33,867 nucleotides of DNA from Candidatus Micrarchaeota archaeon (lineage in GTDB: Archaea; Micrarchaeota; Micrarchaeia; Anstonellales; Anstonellaceae). Positions 25,069-33,222 of the stretch are shown here, piece by piece; positions within the stretch are counted from its first letter, which is position 1, and each line of letters begins with the position of its first letter. The stretch is taken from contig JBDRNY010000067.1 of the NCBI GenBank assembly GCA_043810635.1, positions 1 to 33,867 of the forward strand, in the 5' to 3' direction. Both the position numbers and the translations under genes were made by a program. The notes beneath the pieces are model-generated. The model was not told the DNA's origin and searched no databases. It saw nothing but the letters and a program-made list of their open reading frames with translations.

Positions 25069-27818
25069 TAAACAACAGCAGCAGGATGGTGGGCAGAGGA
25101 AAGCATTTTCCTAAATTCTGTTACAATATATATTGTGGAAGAAACCAGCAATACAACAATCCAGTCATGGGGGGAAAGGGGCACTGTTTTGAAAAATTCT
25201 GAGAGGGGGGTGTAAAGCACTGATATTTGGAGCAATACTGAAAGAAGCACTGCCCCCACTAAATATTTGTTTTTTGCTATATTCAAGCCGAAATTTTTGG
25301 AGCGGAATGCAAGCACATAAAACATCTGAAACATGAAAAGAGTGGTAAATGCCATGGAATTTGCCTTCATTGTTTCCACCCCGTAAAAGTAAAATACAAG
25401 CAAGGTGCTTATGCCCATCACTGCGCCAACAAGCGCAATATTGCGTATAACAGGCTTTGTCAATATTTCCTCGTCTTTCCTCCTCGGGGGCTGGCTCATC
25501 ACTTCTTTTCCAGAAGAATCCAGGCCGAGCGCAAGCCCTGGCAATCCGTCTGTAAGAAGGTTTATCCAAAGTATTTGCACTGCTATGAGGGGGAGGGGCC
25601 AGCCAAGCAAAACAGCTGAAAATATCAAAACAAGCTCTCCTAAATTAGAGGAAAGTATGTATTGTATAAACTGCCTTATTCCTTTGTAAATATTTCTCCC
25701 TTCCTCAACAGCACTTACAATAGAGGCAAAATTATCATCAACAAGCACCATGTCGGAAGCTTCTTTTGACACGTCTGTGCCAGTAAGCCCCATTGCAACT
25801 CCAATATCTGCTTTTTTGAGTGCGGGCGCATCATTAATCCCGTCTCCAGTCATTGCAACAACATGCCCCTTTTTCATGAATGCGGAAAGGATGCGGGTTT
25901 TGTGCTCAGGATCGAGCCGGGCAAACACTGAAATATTTTCAATTTTCTTTTCAAGCTGGCTGTCAGAAAGCTTGTCAAGCTCTTTTCCGTTTAATGCAAT
26001 ATCCCCTTGCCTAAATATTCCGATTTCTTTTGCAACAGCAATTGCAGTAAGCTTAAAATCCCCGGTCATCATTACAGTGCGTATCCCCGCGCTTTTGCAC
26101 TCCGCTATTGCCTTTTTTGCCTCGGGGCGGGGAGGATCTATCATTGCCTGCAAACCTACAAACACCAAATCTTTTTCAGCAGAAGAAAGGGAATAACTCT
26201 CTTCCAAAGGCTTGTAGGCAAATCCAAGCACTCTCATGGCTTTATTTGCCATATTCTGGTTTTGCTTTTCTATTTCTTTTTTTGCAAAAGCAGTCATTTT
26301 CCGTTTTTTTCTATTTAAAAATATATATTTGCATTTTTTCAAAATAACATCTGGCGCGCCTTTTATATATGCAAGTTTTTCCCCATCAATTTTATGTATT
26401 GTTGTCATTAATTTTCTTTTGGAATCAAAAGGATTTTCGTCAATTCTCGGAAATTTGTTTTCAAGATAGGCTTTTGAAAGAAATAATTTTTTTGCGCTTG
26501 CCAATAATGCCCCTTCTGTAGGGTCTCCGTAAATTTTCCATATTTCCCCTTCTTTTTCAAGCCTGGAATCATTGCAAAGCGCCCCTATTTTCAAAATAAG
26601 TTCGAGCGCAATTTTATCCCCCTTGCCCATTTTTTCCAAGCTTTTTCCTTTCGGCTCATGCCCGCCAAGCCCGCCTGCCTCGCTTTTTTCTCTTGCAACA
26701 AATTTTCCTTCAGGCTCATAACCGCTTCCGCTTACCTGGAAAATAGAGGAGTTTGTATATATTTGGCATACGGTCATTTCATTTTTTGTGAGAGTGCCGG
26801 TTTTGTCAGAGCATATTACATCAGTTGAGCCAAGGGTTTCGACTGAGGGGAGGTGGCGTATAAGGGCGTTTTTTCCAACCATCCTCTGCACTCCTAATGC
26901 AAGGGAAATAGTTACAACAGCAGGAAGGCCTTCGGGTATTGCCGCAACAACAAGGGCAACAGCTGCCAAAAACATTTCTGTCATATATTCAAATTCAACA
27001 ATTCCATGCACAATATATTCCCGAATAATGCTTGATGCAAAAACTAATGCGCAAATTAGGATTATCACAAATCCCAGCCAGGTGCCGAATTTGGAAAGCT
27101 TTTTTTGAAGAGGGGTGAGCTTGTCCCCTTCTTCTTGTATTAATTTTGCTATTTTGCCCATCTGGGTGTTCATGCCTGTGGAAGTGACAAGTGCCAGCCC
27201 GTGCCCTTTTGTTATCACAGTGCCCATAAACATCATATTTTCCTGGTCTGTGACAGAAGTGCCCTTTTTCAGGGGGAAAATATGCTTTTTTGAAGGCACA
27301 GACTCTCCTGTAAGCAAGGATTCATCTGCCTGCAATGCAATTGCCTTGATAATTCTTGCATCTGCAGAAGCCTTGTCCCCTGTTCCCAAAATAAGTATGT
27401 CCCCTGGCACAACCTCTGAAGAGTCTATTTCGATTTCCTTTCCTTGTCTTATCACTTTTGCTTTTAATGATGCAAGCTTTCTCAATGCTGCAATAGCTTT
27501 TTCTGCCTTATACTCCTGCACAAAGCCGAATATTGCATTTAATACAACTATTGCAATTATTACCGCACTGTCAATTGCTTCCCCTATCAAAAAGGAAATG
27601 GCTGCTGCTGCAAGCAAAATAATTATAAGCGGGGAAGTAAACTGCCTTGCTATAATTTCAACAGGGTTTGTGGATTCCTTTTTTTTAATCAAATTTTGCC
27701 CATATTTTTCAAGCCGCTCTTTTGCCTCCTCATTACTAATTCCTTTTTCTGATGAATTTAAAGCAGAAAGCGCTTTCTCATATTTTAAAGAATAATAATC
27801 AATGTTTTCTGCCCCCAT
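25068..27818 (-). CDS. Cation (Ca2+-type, P2A-like) transporting P-type ATPase
   Basis: LTGES, AIPEGLP, DKTGTLT, KGAPD, DPPR, TGDGINDAPAL and QILWINLLTD. Confidence 0.95.
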   Translation of the reverse strand: MGAENIDYYSLKYEKALSALNSSEKGISNEEAKERLEKYGQNLIKKKESTNPVEIIARQFTSPLIIILLAAAAISFLIGEAIDSAVIIAIVVLNAIFGFVQEYKAEKAIAALRKLASLKAKVIRQGKEIEIDSSEVVPGDILILGTGDKASADARIIKAIALQADESLLTGESVPSKKHIFPLKKGTSVTDQENMMFMGTVITKGHGLALVTSTGMNTQMGKIAKLIQEEGDKLTPLQKKLSKFGTWLGFVIILICALVFASSIIREYIVHGIVEFEYMTEMFLAAVALVVAAIPEGLPAVVTISLALGVQRMVGKNALIRHLPSVETLGSTDVICSDKTGTLTKNEMTVCQIYTNSSIFQVSGSGYEPEGKFVAREKSEAGGLGGHEPKGKSLEKMGKGDKIALELILKIGALCNDSRLEKEGEIWKIYGDPTEGALLASAKKLFLSKAYLENKFPRIDENPFDSKRKLMTTIHKIDGEKLAYIKGAPDVILKKCKYIFLNRKKRKMTAFAKKEIEKQNQNMANKAMRVLGFAYKPLEESYSLSSAEKDLVFVGLQAMIDPPRPEAKKAIAECKSAGIRTVMMTGDFKLTAIAVAKEIGIFRQGDIALNGKELDKLSDSQLEKKIENISVFARLDPEHKTRILSAFMKKGHVVAMTGDGINDAPALKKADIGVAMGLTGTDVSKEASDMVLVDDNFASIVSAVEEGRNIYKGIRQFIQYILSSNLGELVLIFSAVLLGWPLPLIAVQILWINLLTDGLPGLALGLDSSGKEVMSQPPRRKDEEILTKPVIRNIALVGAVMGISTLLVFYFYGVETMKANSMAFTTLFMFQMFYVLAFRSKNFGLNIAKNKYLVGAVLLSVLLQISVLYTPLSEFFKTVPLSPHDWIVVLLVSSTIYIVTEFRKMLSSAHHPAAVV

Positions 27819-27963
27819 ATATCCAGCAACCCCGCAAAAAAAGCATGCATACAATCTTTTTAATTACAATACAAACTCTTGCCCGGTTGTTGCAGCACAA
27901 AAAACAAATTAATATTTTGAAAACACAACCAAATCCGGAAAACGGGAAAATTCAATAAATGCA

Positions 27964-28938
27964 TTAATCTTTTGGAAATGCATCAGGGTCTAGAAGGAGA
28001 GGGGAAGGAATTCCGGTAAATATTACAAATGCCTCAAGCCGCTTTTCATAGCTGTCATCCATTCTCGCCCCCCAGGATACATTTACATTTTCAGGAAGCT
28101 TGGACATTATATTTTCCCCGGCAAATGTGGCATCACTCAGCCTCAAATCAGGCCCTCCTGTAAAATGCACCAATGCGCCTGTTGCTTTTGAATAATCCAC
28201 CCCGAGAAGGGGATGGTCTAATACAGCATTTGGAATATCATGCACCTTCATAGGGCCTGAAGATTCGCCGTAAGATATCATGGAAAGCCCTTTGTCAGCA
28301 GTAATTGCTTTCAAATCTGCAAAATCAATATTTAGCACAGACGGTTCCAATATTGTTCTGCTTATTCCTAATACTGCTTTTGCAGCAACATCATCTGCCA
28401 TTGCAAATGCCTGCTCTATTGGCACATTTTCAGCCCATTTTGTTAATCTGTCATTTTCAATTACAACAAGAGAATCGCATTCGTCTGTTAATTTGGATAT
28501 TCCTTTTTGCCCGCATCTTACTCTTGATTTTTCCATTTTGAAAGGGAAATAAACAAATCCTAATACCAATGCACCGGCTTCTCTTGCCATTTGTGCAATT
28601 ATAGGAGAGGCGCCGGTTCCTGTTCCTCCGCCCATTCCTGCTAAAATAAAAACCAAATCAGCATCTTTTACATGCCTTGAAATTTCCCCTCTTGTAGCTA
28701 AAGCAGATTTTAATCCGATTTGAGGGTCTCCGCCCGCACCCAATCCCTGGGTAACCCCTTCCCCAAGCAGCACTTTATGCACATCATCTGGAATAATATC
28801 TAATTGCTTCTTGTCTGTATTAAATGCAACCAATTTTGCCCCCTTAAAACCAGATTTTGCCAATCTATTGATGCTGTTGCAGCCTGCGCCACCTACGCCT
28901 GCAACCACAAATTTCAAATTCCCTTCTTCATCTGCCAT
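27964..28938 (-). CDS. ftsZ: FtsZ-family tubulin-like GTPase (short paralog)
   Basis: GVGGAGCN, GAGGDP, GMGGGTGTG signature, PFKME and T7 loop NIDFAD. The ORF-track N-terminal extension runs into the IS right end and is rejected. Confidence 0.9.
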   Translation of the reverse strand: MADEEGNLKFVVAGVGGAGCNSINRLAKSGFKGAKLVAFNTDKKQLDIIPDDVHKVLLGEGVTQGLGAGGDPQIGLKSALATRGEISRHVKDADLVFILAGMGGGTGTGASPIIAQMAREAGALVLGFVYFPFKMEKSRVRCGQKGISKLTDECDSLVVIENDRLTKWAENVPIEQAFAMADDVAAKAVLGISRTILEPSVLNIDFADLKAITADKGLSMISYGESSGPMKVHDIPNAVLDHPLLGVDYSKATGALVHFTGGPDLRLSDATFAGENIMSKLPENVNVSWGARMDDSYEKRLEAFVIFTGIPSPLLLDPDAFPKD

Positions 28939-28949
28939 GCTCCCACACC

Positions 28950-29130
28950 AAAATATAGGTAAATAGAGTGTGACATCCTCCTCCGCATAAATGCGGGGGC
29001 TTCCACCCAAGCATATTTCTATACTTGATATATAGTTCCTGCTTCATTAAAATAGCTTGCCCCAAATGCAATGTTTGGAGTAGAGGCTCTTTTTAGGCAG
29101 GCTTTCACTGTGTGCCCCACAGCATAGCAG
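28950..29130 (-). ncRNA. Predicted omega/reRNA of tnpB #2; guide about 28969-28950 (ACTCTATTTACCTATATTTT)
   Basis: Overlaps the tnpB 3' end and the right end GGAAGCCCCGCA-TTTA-TGCGGAGGAGGATGTCAC. The 5' boundary is approximate. Confidence 0.55.
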
Positions 29131-30246
29131 CTCAAATGAGCTGCATTTAGAATATTTTTTGCAGCATTGATGTCCCTGTCTGCGCTCATTCCGCAGGCAG
29201 GGCAATTGTATATTCTTTTATGCAATGGCATTTTTTGTATCGAACTACAGTTGCTGCATTTTTTGCTAGTATTTTTTGGATTTACAGCAAATACTTTGGA
29301 ACCAGCGCTTTCAGCCTTGTAGCAAAGCATTGCTATAAATGATGCCCAGGAGGCATCTATAATGCTTCTTGATAAATACGAATTTTTGAGCATATTTTTT
29401 ACATTTAATTTTTCAATTGCAATAATAGAATATGAATTTGCAAGCATATTGGATAATTTGTGCAGGAAGTCATTTCTGCAATTTTCTATTTTTTCATGGA
29501 ATAGGGATAATCTGAATTTTGCTTTTTTCCTATTGCTGCTTTTTTTCTTTTTTCTTGATAAACATTGTTGCAAAAATTTGAGTTTTGGCAGGGCTTTATT
29601 CAGAAATTTTGGATTTGGGAATTTTATGTTGTTTGAAAGGGTTGCAAAATTTGATATTCCTACATCTAATCCAACGTTTGGGTGGTTGTTTGAGGTAAAT
29701 TTGGAGGGGGGAATATTGCATGTAATTGCAAGATGCCATTTGGTGGATGGGGAAGTTTTGCTTGTTAATGTTTTGAGCTCTCCTTTTGGAGGCCTGTGGA
29801 GGGAAATTAACATGCTGCCTACTTTTGAGAGAAAGATGCGCTTGTCTGAGGTAAATGAGAAGCCTGACTGGGGGTAAGTAAGGCTTTTTGCATATTTTTT
29901 GATTCTTGGAAAGCCTGCCTTTATTTTCCTCCCTCCCCTTCTCTCTTTTACCCTTCTGAAGAAATTAGAATAAGCTTTTGATACTCTGTCCGAGATGTTT
30001 TGCAATGCTTGGGAGTGGGGAGTAGTGTATTCTGGGTTTGCTTGCTTTAGAGTGAGAATGAGTTTGTTCATGTCATATTTGGAGAGTGTTTTCTTTTCTT
30101 TTTTATATTTTTCCTTTGCTTTTTCAAGCAGAAAATTGTATGCCTGCTTTGATAGCTTCATTTGGGCATTAAGCTTGTTTTGCTGCCTTTTTGAGGGGTA
30201 GATTCTGTATCTGAAGTTGCGCATGATAAGCTGTTGCAGGCGCTTT
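28970..30246 (-). mobile_element. tnpB-only (IS1341-like) IS200/IS605 element; right end 28970, left end uncertain
   Basis: Right-end hairpin plus GTCAC; no tnpA seen. Left boundary placed after a candidate TTTAT TAM (30251-30247) by inference only. Confidence 0.6.
29019..30224 (-). CDS. tnpB: TnpB RNA-guided endonuclease
   Basis: MRNFRYRIYPSKRQ HTH_OrfB start, KAGFPR, GLDVG, IAIEKL, CxxC...CxxC and DRDINAAKNI; catalytic D/E/D intact. Confidence 0.95.
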   Translation of the reverse strand: MRNFRYRIYPSKRQQNKLNAQMKLSKQAYNFLLEKAKEKYKKEKKTLSKYDMNKLILTLKQANPEYTTPHSQALQNISDRVSKAYSNFFRRVKERRGGRKIKAGFPRIKKYAKSLTYPQSGFSFTSDKRIFLSKVGSMLISLHRPPKGELKTLTSKTSPSTKWHLAITCNIPPSKFTSNNHPNVGLDVGISNFATLSNNIKFPNPKFLNKALPKLKFLQQCLSRKKKKSSNRKKAKFRLSLFHEKIENCRNDFLHKLSNMLANSYSIIAIEKLNVKNMLKNSYLSRSIIDASWASFIAMLCYKAESAGSKVFAVNPKNTSKKCSNCSSIQKMPLHKRIYNCPACGMSADRDINAAKNILNAAHLSCYAVGHTVKACLKRASTPNIAFGASYFNEAGTIYQV

Positions 30247-30282
30247 ATAAAGAAGTTTGGAAGGGGTAACTTTCCAGTGCTT
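30243..30282 (-). promoter_or_regulatory. TGGAA-N9-TTCCA box (copy 3) plus TATA upstream of tnpB #2
   Basis: Minus strand AAGCACTGGAAAGTTACCCCTTCCAA (30282-30257) is 25/26 identical to 6920-6945; TTTATAAA follows. Confidence 0.8.
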
Positions 30283-30440
30283 GGAACAATTTGGCTCGCT
30301 CTCATCCTACTTCCAAAGAAACAATTCTTCCCCTTCGCAATTTTTATAGAAAGCCTGTGAGGTAAAAATGCATTAAGAGATGCAGGTCGAGCCGACTGAA
30401 AAAGATATGTTATTTAAACCCGGAATGAGCAAGAGTTATT

Positions 30441-30710
30441 GGTAAGATAAGCCGGGGGGCCAGGGGCCTCCTGTTAGCGCAAATCCCCTTCAGGCGCGGC
30501 TGAAAAGCTGGGGGCGTTTGTTGGATTCATTTTATGCGCAGTTTCTTGGCGTCGAAGCCATGCCTGCATGGGCGGTATGATAAGTGAATCGGGTCAGGCC
30601 GGAAGGAGCAGCCCTAAGCAAATCATCCCGTGCTTTGCAGTTACCTGGTGGAGCTTTAAGATTCTGAGATGCAGAAATGGGTTTGGCAGGCCACTTCAGC
30701 CCCTCTTGCC
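30441..30710 (+). ncRNA. ffs: Archaeal signal recognition particle (7S) RNA
   Basis: Alu-like GCCGGGGGGCCAGGGGCCTCCTGTTAGCGCAAATCCCC, helix 8 TCAGGCC-GGAA-GGAGCAGC, helix 1 GGTAAGA/TCTTGCC, and TTTAAA at 30413-30418. Confidence 0.9.
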
Positions 30711-32279
30711 ACTGTTTCTAAAAATAGATATATTGCCTTCCTTTTTTTCCAATACAAAGCATTTATCAACAATTTCCCAGCCTTCACCGCCCGCATTTGC
30801 CTGCCCGCCCTCGCACTCGCCTTCCATTAATACAATATAATCATATTCATTACAAATTATTGTCCAGTTTAATTTCAGATAATATTCGTGCCAGCAGTCG
30901 CATTCTTCCCCCTGCCCTGAATAAATGCAATAGGCAAGGTCATCCATTTCCTCACTTAATTGCTTTCTTGCATGCATATTTTCATCCCTGTATTCTATTG
31001 GGGAATATTTTTCTGAAAATAAATAAGGCGCAAAAACATCTTTTTCCATTACCCAATATGCCCACATCTGGAAAGGGGAGGAAGGGGGGAGGATATGAAA
31101 CATTTGCGCAAATCCGTGCCCCATGGGCAATACTGAGGAATTTTCCTCTAGATAATTTGCAATTTGTGCAATTTTAGTTATACTTCCCTCGATTTCCGCC
31201 CATTGGGAATAAATGGAAGCAAGCATCAGCATTGATAAAATGAAAAGGGCTATTGAAATTTCCTGGAAAATTTTTGCTTCTGGGAAATTTTTTACAAGAA
31301 AGGGAAATACTGCAGAAATGAGAAACAGCAATGAAAAAGGCCAGAAGCGCACAGCAATAAACTGCCAGCCGGAAATGCTTTCAGGGGAAAAGAGAGCAAA
31401 CGATGCAAGCAAAATTCCCATATAAAGGAAAAATTTGTTGAAATTCCAGAAAATTTTCTTTTTTTCCCGCAGGCGGAAATAAAAATAAAGCAAAAATATT
31501 ATTGCAAGCAATATTGCCAAAAATGAGAGCGGAATTAGAATGAGCAAATTCAAAAATGCCTCATTCCAGCACTGGGCTATGACATAGCCTTCCCCTGCAG
31601 GGGGGATTGAAGGCATGGAAAGCAAGAATAAACCAAGCAAAAGCAGGATGAGAGCAATATCTTGGTTCATATCCTGCAACTTCACGCCTTTTTCAAATGC
31701 ATCATAAGCAATCCTTGCAAATACAAGCAGGCCGAATATTGCGGCAGAAAAGAGGTGGGTGAAAAAAAGCAATATTGAAAGCAAAATTAAAATTAAATAT
31801 TGTTTGTATTCAAACTTCCCCCCCCTTATTTTCATCCAATAGCCTGCGCAAATAAGAAATATAGGGATGCTTAATGCAAAATTCATAAAGCCCATTACAA
31901 AAAACCAATTATAGGCAAATACTGCGCCCAGCATACCCAGGGGGGCGAGCCTGGAATCTATTGTGGAAAGGAAATAAGTAGTTCCTGCAACCATTAATAT
32001 CAAAATAATGCTCAATGCGATTTTTCCTGCAATTTCAATTCCGAATAATGGGGCAAAAATCTGCAATATCCGGAATATTGTTGAATTTGGTATCGGAAAA
32101 TTGCTGTTTGGCATAATATAGGTTCCTTCCCCCGCATTATGCTTGAGAAGCAAATGCGCACTTGCCAAGTGGTTTGGATAGTCGTTGATGGGAAGCAAGT
32201 GAAATGCCCAAATTGGAATGAGGAGCAGGAGGGTTGCAATAATTTGCAAAACAAGCCAGGGGGGAAACTGCTTTTTCAT
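30696..32279 (-). CDS. Multi-pass membrane protein, probable GT-C glycosyltransferase-like
   Basis: More than 10 TM segments; PINDYPNH in the first external loop, GFMNF, FFTHLF and RFWPF. Confidence 0.7.
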   Translation of the reverse strand: MKKQFPPWLVLQIIATLLLLIPIWAFHLLPINDYPNHLASAHLLLKHNAGEGTYIMPNSNFPIPNSTIFRILQIFAPLFGIEIAGKIALSIILILMVAGTTYFLSTIDSRLAPLGMLGAVFAYNWFFVMGFMNFALSIPIFLICAGYWMKIRGGKFEYKQYLILILLSILLFFTHLFSAAIFGLLVFARIAYDAFEKGVKLQDMNQDIALILLLLGLFLLSMPSIPPAGEGYVIAQCWNEAFLNLLILIPLSFLAILLAIIFLLYFYFRLREKKKIFWNFNKFFLYMGILLASFALFSPESISGWQFIAVRFWPFSLLFLISAVFPFLVKNFPEAKIFQEISIALFILSMLMLASIYSQWAEIEGSITKIAQIANYLEENSSVLPMGHGFAQMFHILPPSSPFQMWAYWVMEKDVFAPYLFSEKYSPIEYRDENMHARKQLSEEMDDLAYCIYSGQGEECDCWHEYYLKLNWTIICNEYDYIVLMEGECEGGQANAGGEGWEIVDKCFVLEKKEGNISIFRNSGKRG

Positions 32280-32341
32280 GCATAAAATTTACCCATGGAT
32301 AGTATTTAAAATGAAAGCAACGAGTGAAGATAGGTGTTGAT

Positions 32342-32944
32342 ATGAATTTTTCGGAAAGATTGCATACATACAAACAGGTCTATACCAATCCTGGAGATAG
32401 TTTTGCAAAAATTGCAAAAAAGGATTTTCAGATTACAGATGGATTGATAAATTATGTAATTGCCGCAATTTTTGCCTCAATATCTGTTGCAATAGCAAGC
32501 GCAATCAACATGTGGCTTCTTTTAGACTTTGATATGATGTCAATAATTACATCTGTTGCAGTTATTGGAATAGGTTCGCTTATATCAGGAGTAATCCTTT
32601 CCTTAGTACTTGCATGGCTTTACCACTTTATGGCAGGAATTTTGGGCGGCAAAGGTAAATATGCCAACCTTTACTTTGCAATATCTTCTGTTGCAGTGCC
32701 CCTTTCAATATTGTCATTATTGCAAATAATCCCCTGCCTTGGCTCCATCATAAATATTATTGCAAGCCTTTATGCAGTCTACATCATAACAATTGCAATA
32801 TCCAAAATATATGAGCTTGATATGCTGAAATCGGTTGCAGCATGGCTTGTGCCGGCAATTGTGGTGAGTATAGCATTGTTTGTGCTGGCTGCATTAGGAG
32901 CAGTCCTGTTCTTTGGCCCGGCAGTAGCTGCAGTGGGAGGATAA
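32342..32944 (+). CDS. YIP1-family membrane protein
   Basis: YTNPGDSF, HFMAGILGGKGKY, five TM helices, YELDMLKS; GGTG RBS. Confidence 0.8.
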   Translation: MNFSERLHTYKQVYTNPGDSFAKIAKKDFQITDGLINYVIAAIFASISVAIASAINMWLLLDFDMMSIITSVAVIGIGSLISGVILSLVLAWLYHFMAGILGGKGKYANLYFAISSVAVPLSILSLLQIIPCLGSIINIIASLYAVYIITIAISKIYELDMLKSVAAWLVPAIVVSIALFVLAALGAVLFFGPAVAAVGG

Positions 32945-33097
32945 ACTTCTTTTCTATTTCTTTTATTTTTTGCAGGCAAAACTGCTTTAAAAGCAAAACT
33001 GCAATAACATAATACATTCTTTTTCTTTTCCCGCTGCGGATTCCCCCTTTCTTTTTGGGGTGAAGACCTTTTTCTTTCGGGAAAGAAAAAGGGTTCT

Positions 33098-33184
33098 GCT
33101 GGGGTCGCATAGCCCGGTTATTGCGGCAGGTTGCTAACCTGTTTGGCCCTCGGGCCAACGCGAGTTCAAATCTCGCCCCCGGCG
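33098..33184 (+). tRNA. tRNA-Ser(GCT), no intron, CCA not encoded
   Basis: Acceptor GCTGGGG/CCCCGGC, anticodon arm GCAGG-TTGCTAA-CCTGT, long variable arm TTGGCCCTCGGGCCAA, T arm GCGAG-TTCAAAT-CTCGC, discriminator G. Confidence 0.96.
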
Positions 33185-33222
33185 TTTCTTCTTGAAGCCA
33201 TTACGCCTATGAGACTTGGAGA

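Noticed and set aside
28939..29010. N-terminal extension of FtsZ in the ORF track (MGGSPRIYAEEDV...)
   Set aside because: It is a translation of the IS right end and leader. The ATG at 28938 has an SD and begins the FtsZ fold.
2..30224. TnpBs as nuclease-dead TldR-type repressors or Cas12f with a CRISPR array
   Set aside because: Both keep the RuvC D/E/D residues and have IS-type right ends. No repeat-spacer array was seen in the window.
30225..30305. N-terminal extension of TnpB #2
   Set aside because: It overlaps the TATA and the promoter box. TnpB similarity begins at MRNFRYRIYP (30224).
30261..30337. Long imperfect fold-back upstream of tnpB #2 as an IS left-end hairpin
   Set aside because: Pairing is patchy and unlike the right-end hairpin. 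Kept only as an alternative explanation for the shared box.
30568..30840. 90-aa ORF
   Set aside because: Overlaps the SRP RNA and the antisense strand of a membrane gene.
32784..33158. 124-aa minus-strand ORF
   Set aside because: Antisense to tRNA-Ser and the YIP1 gene; no protein-like features.
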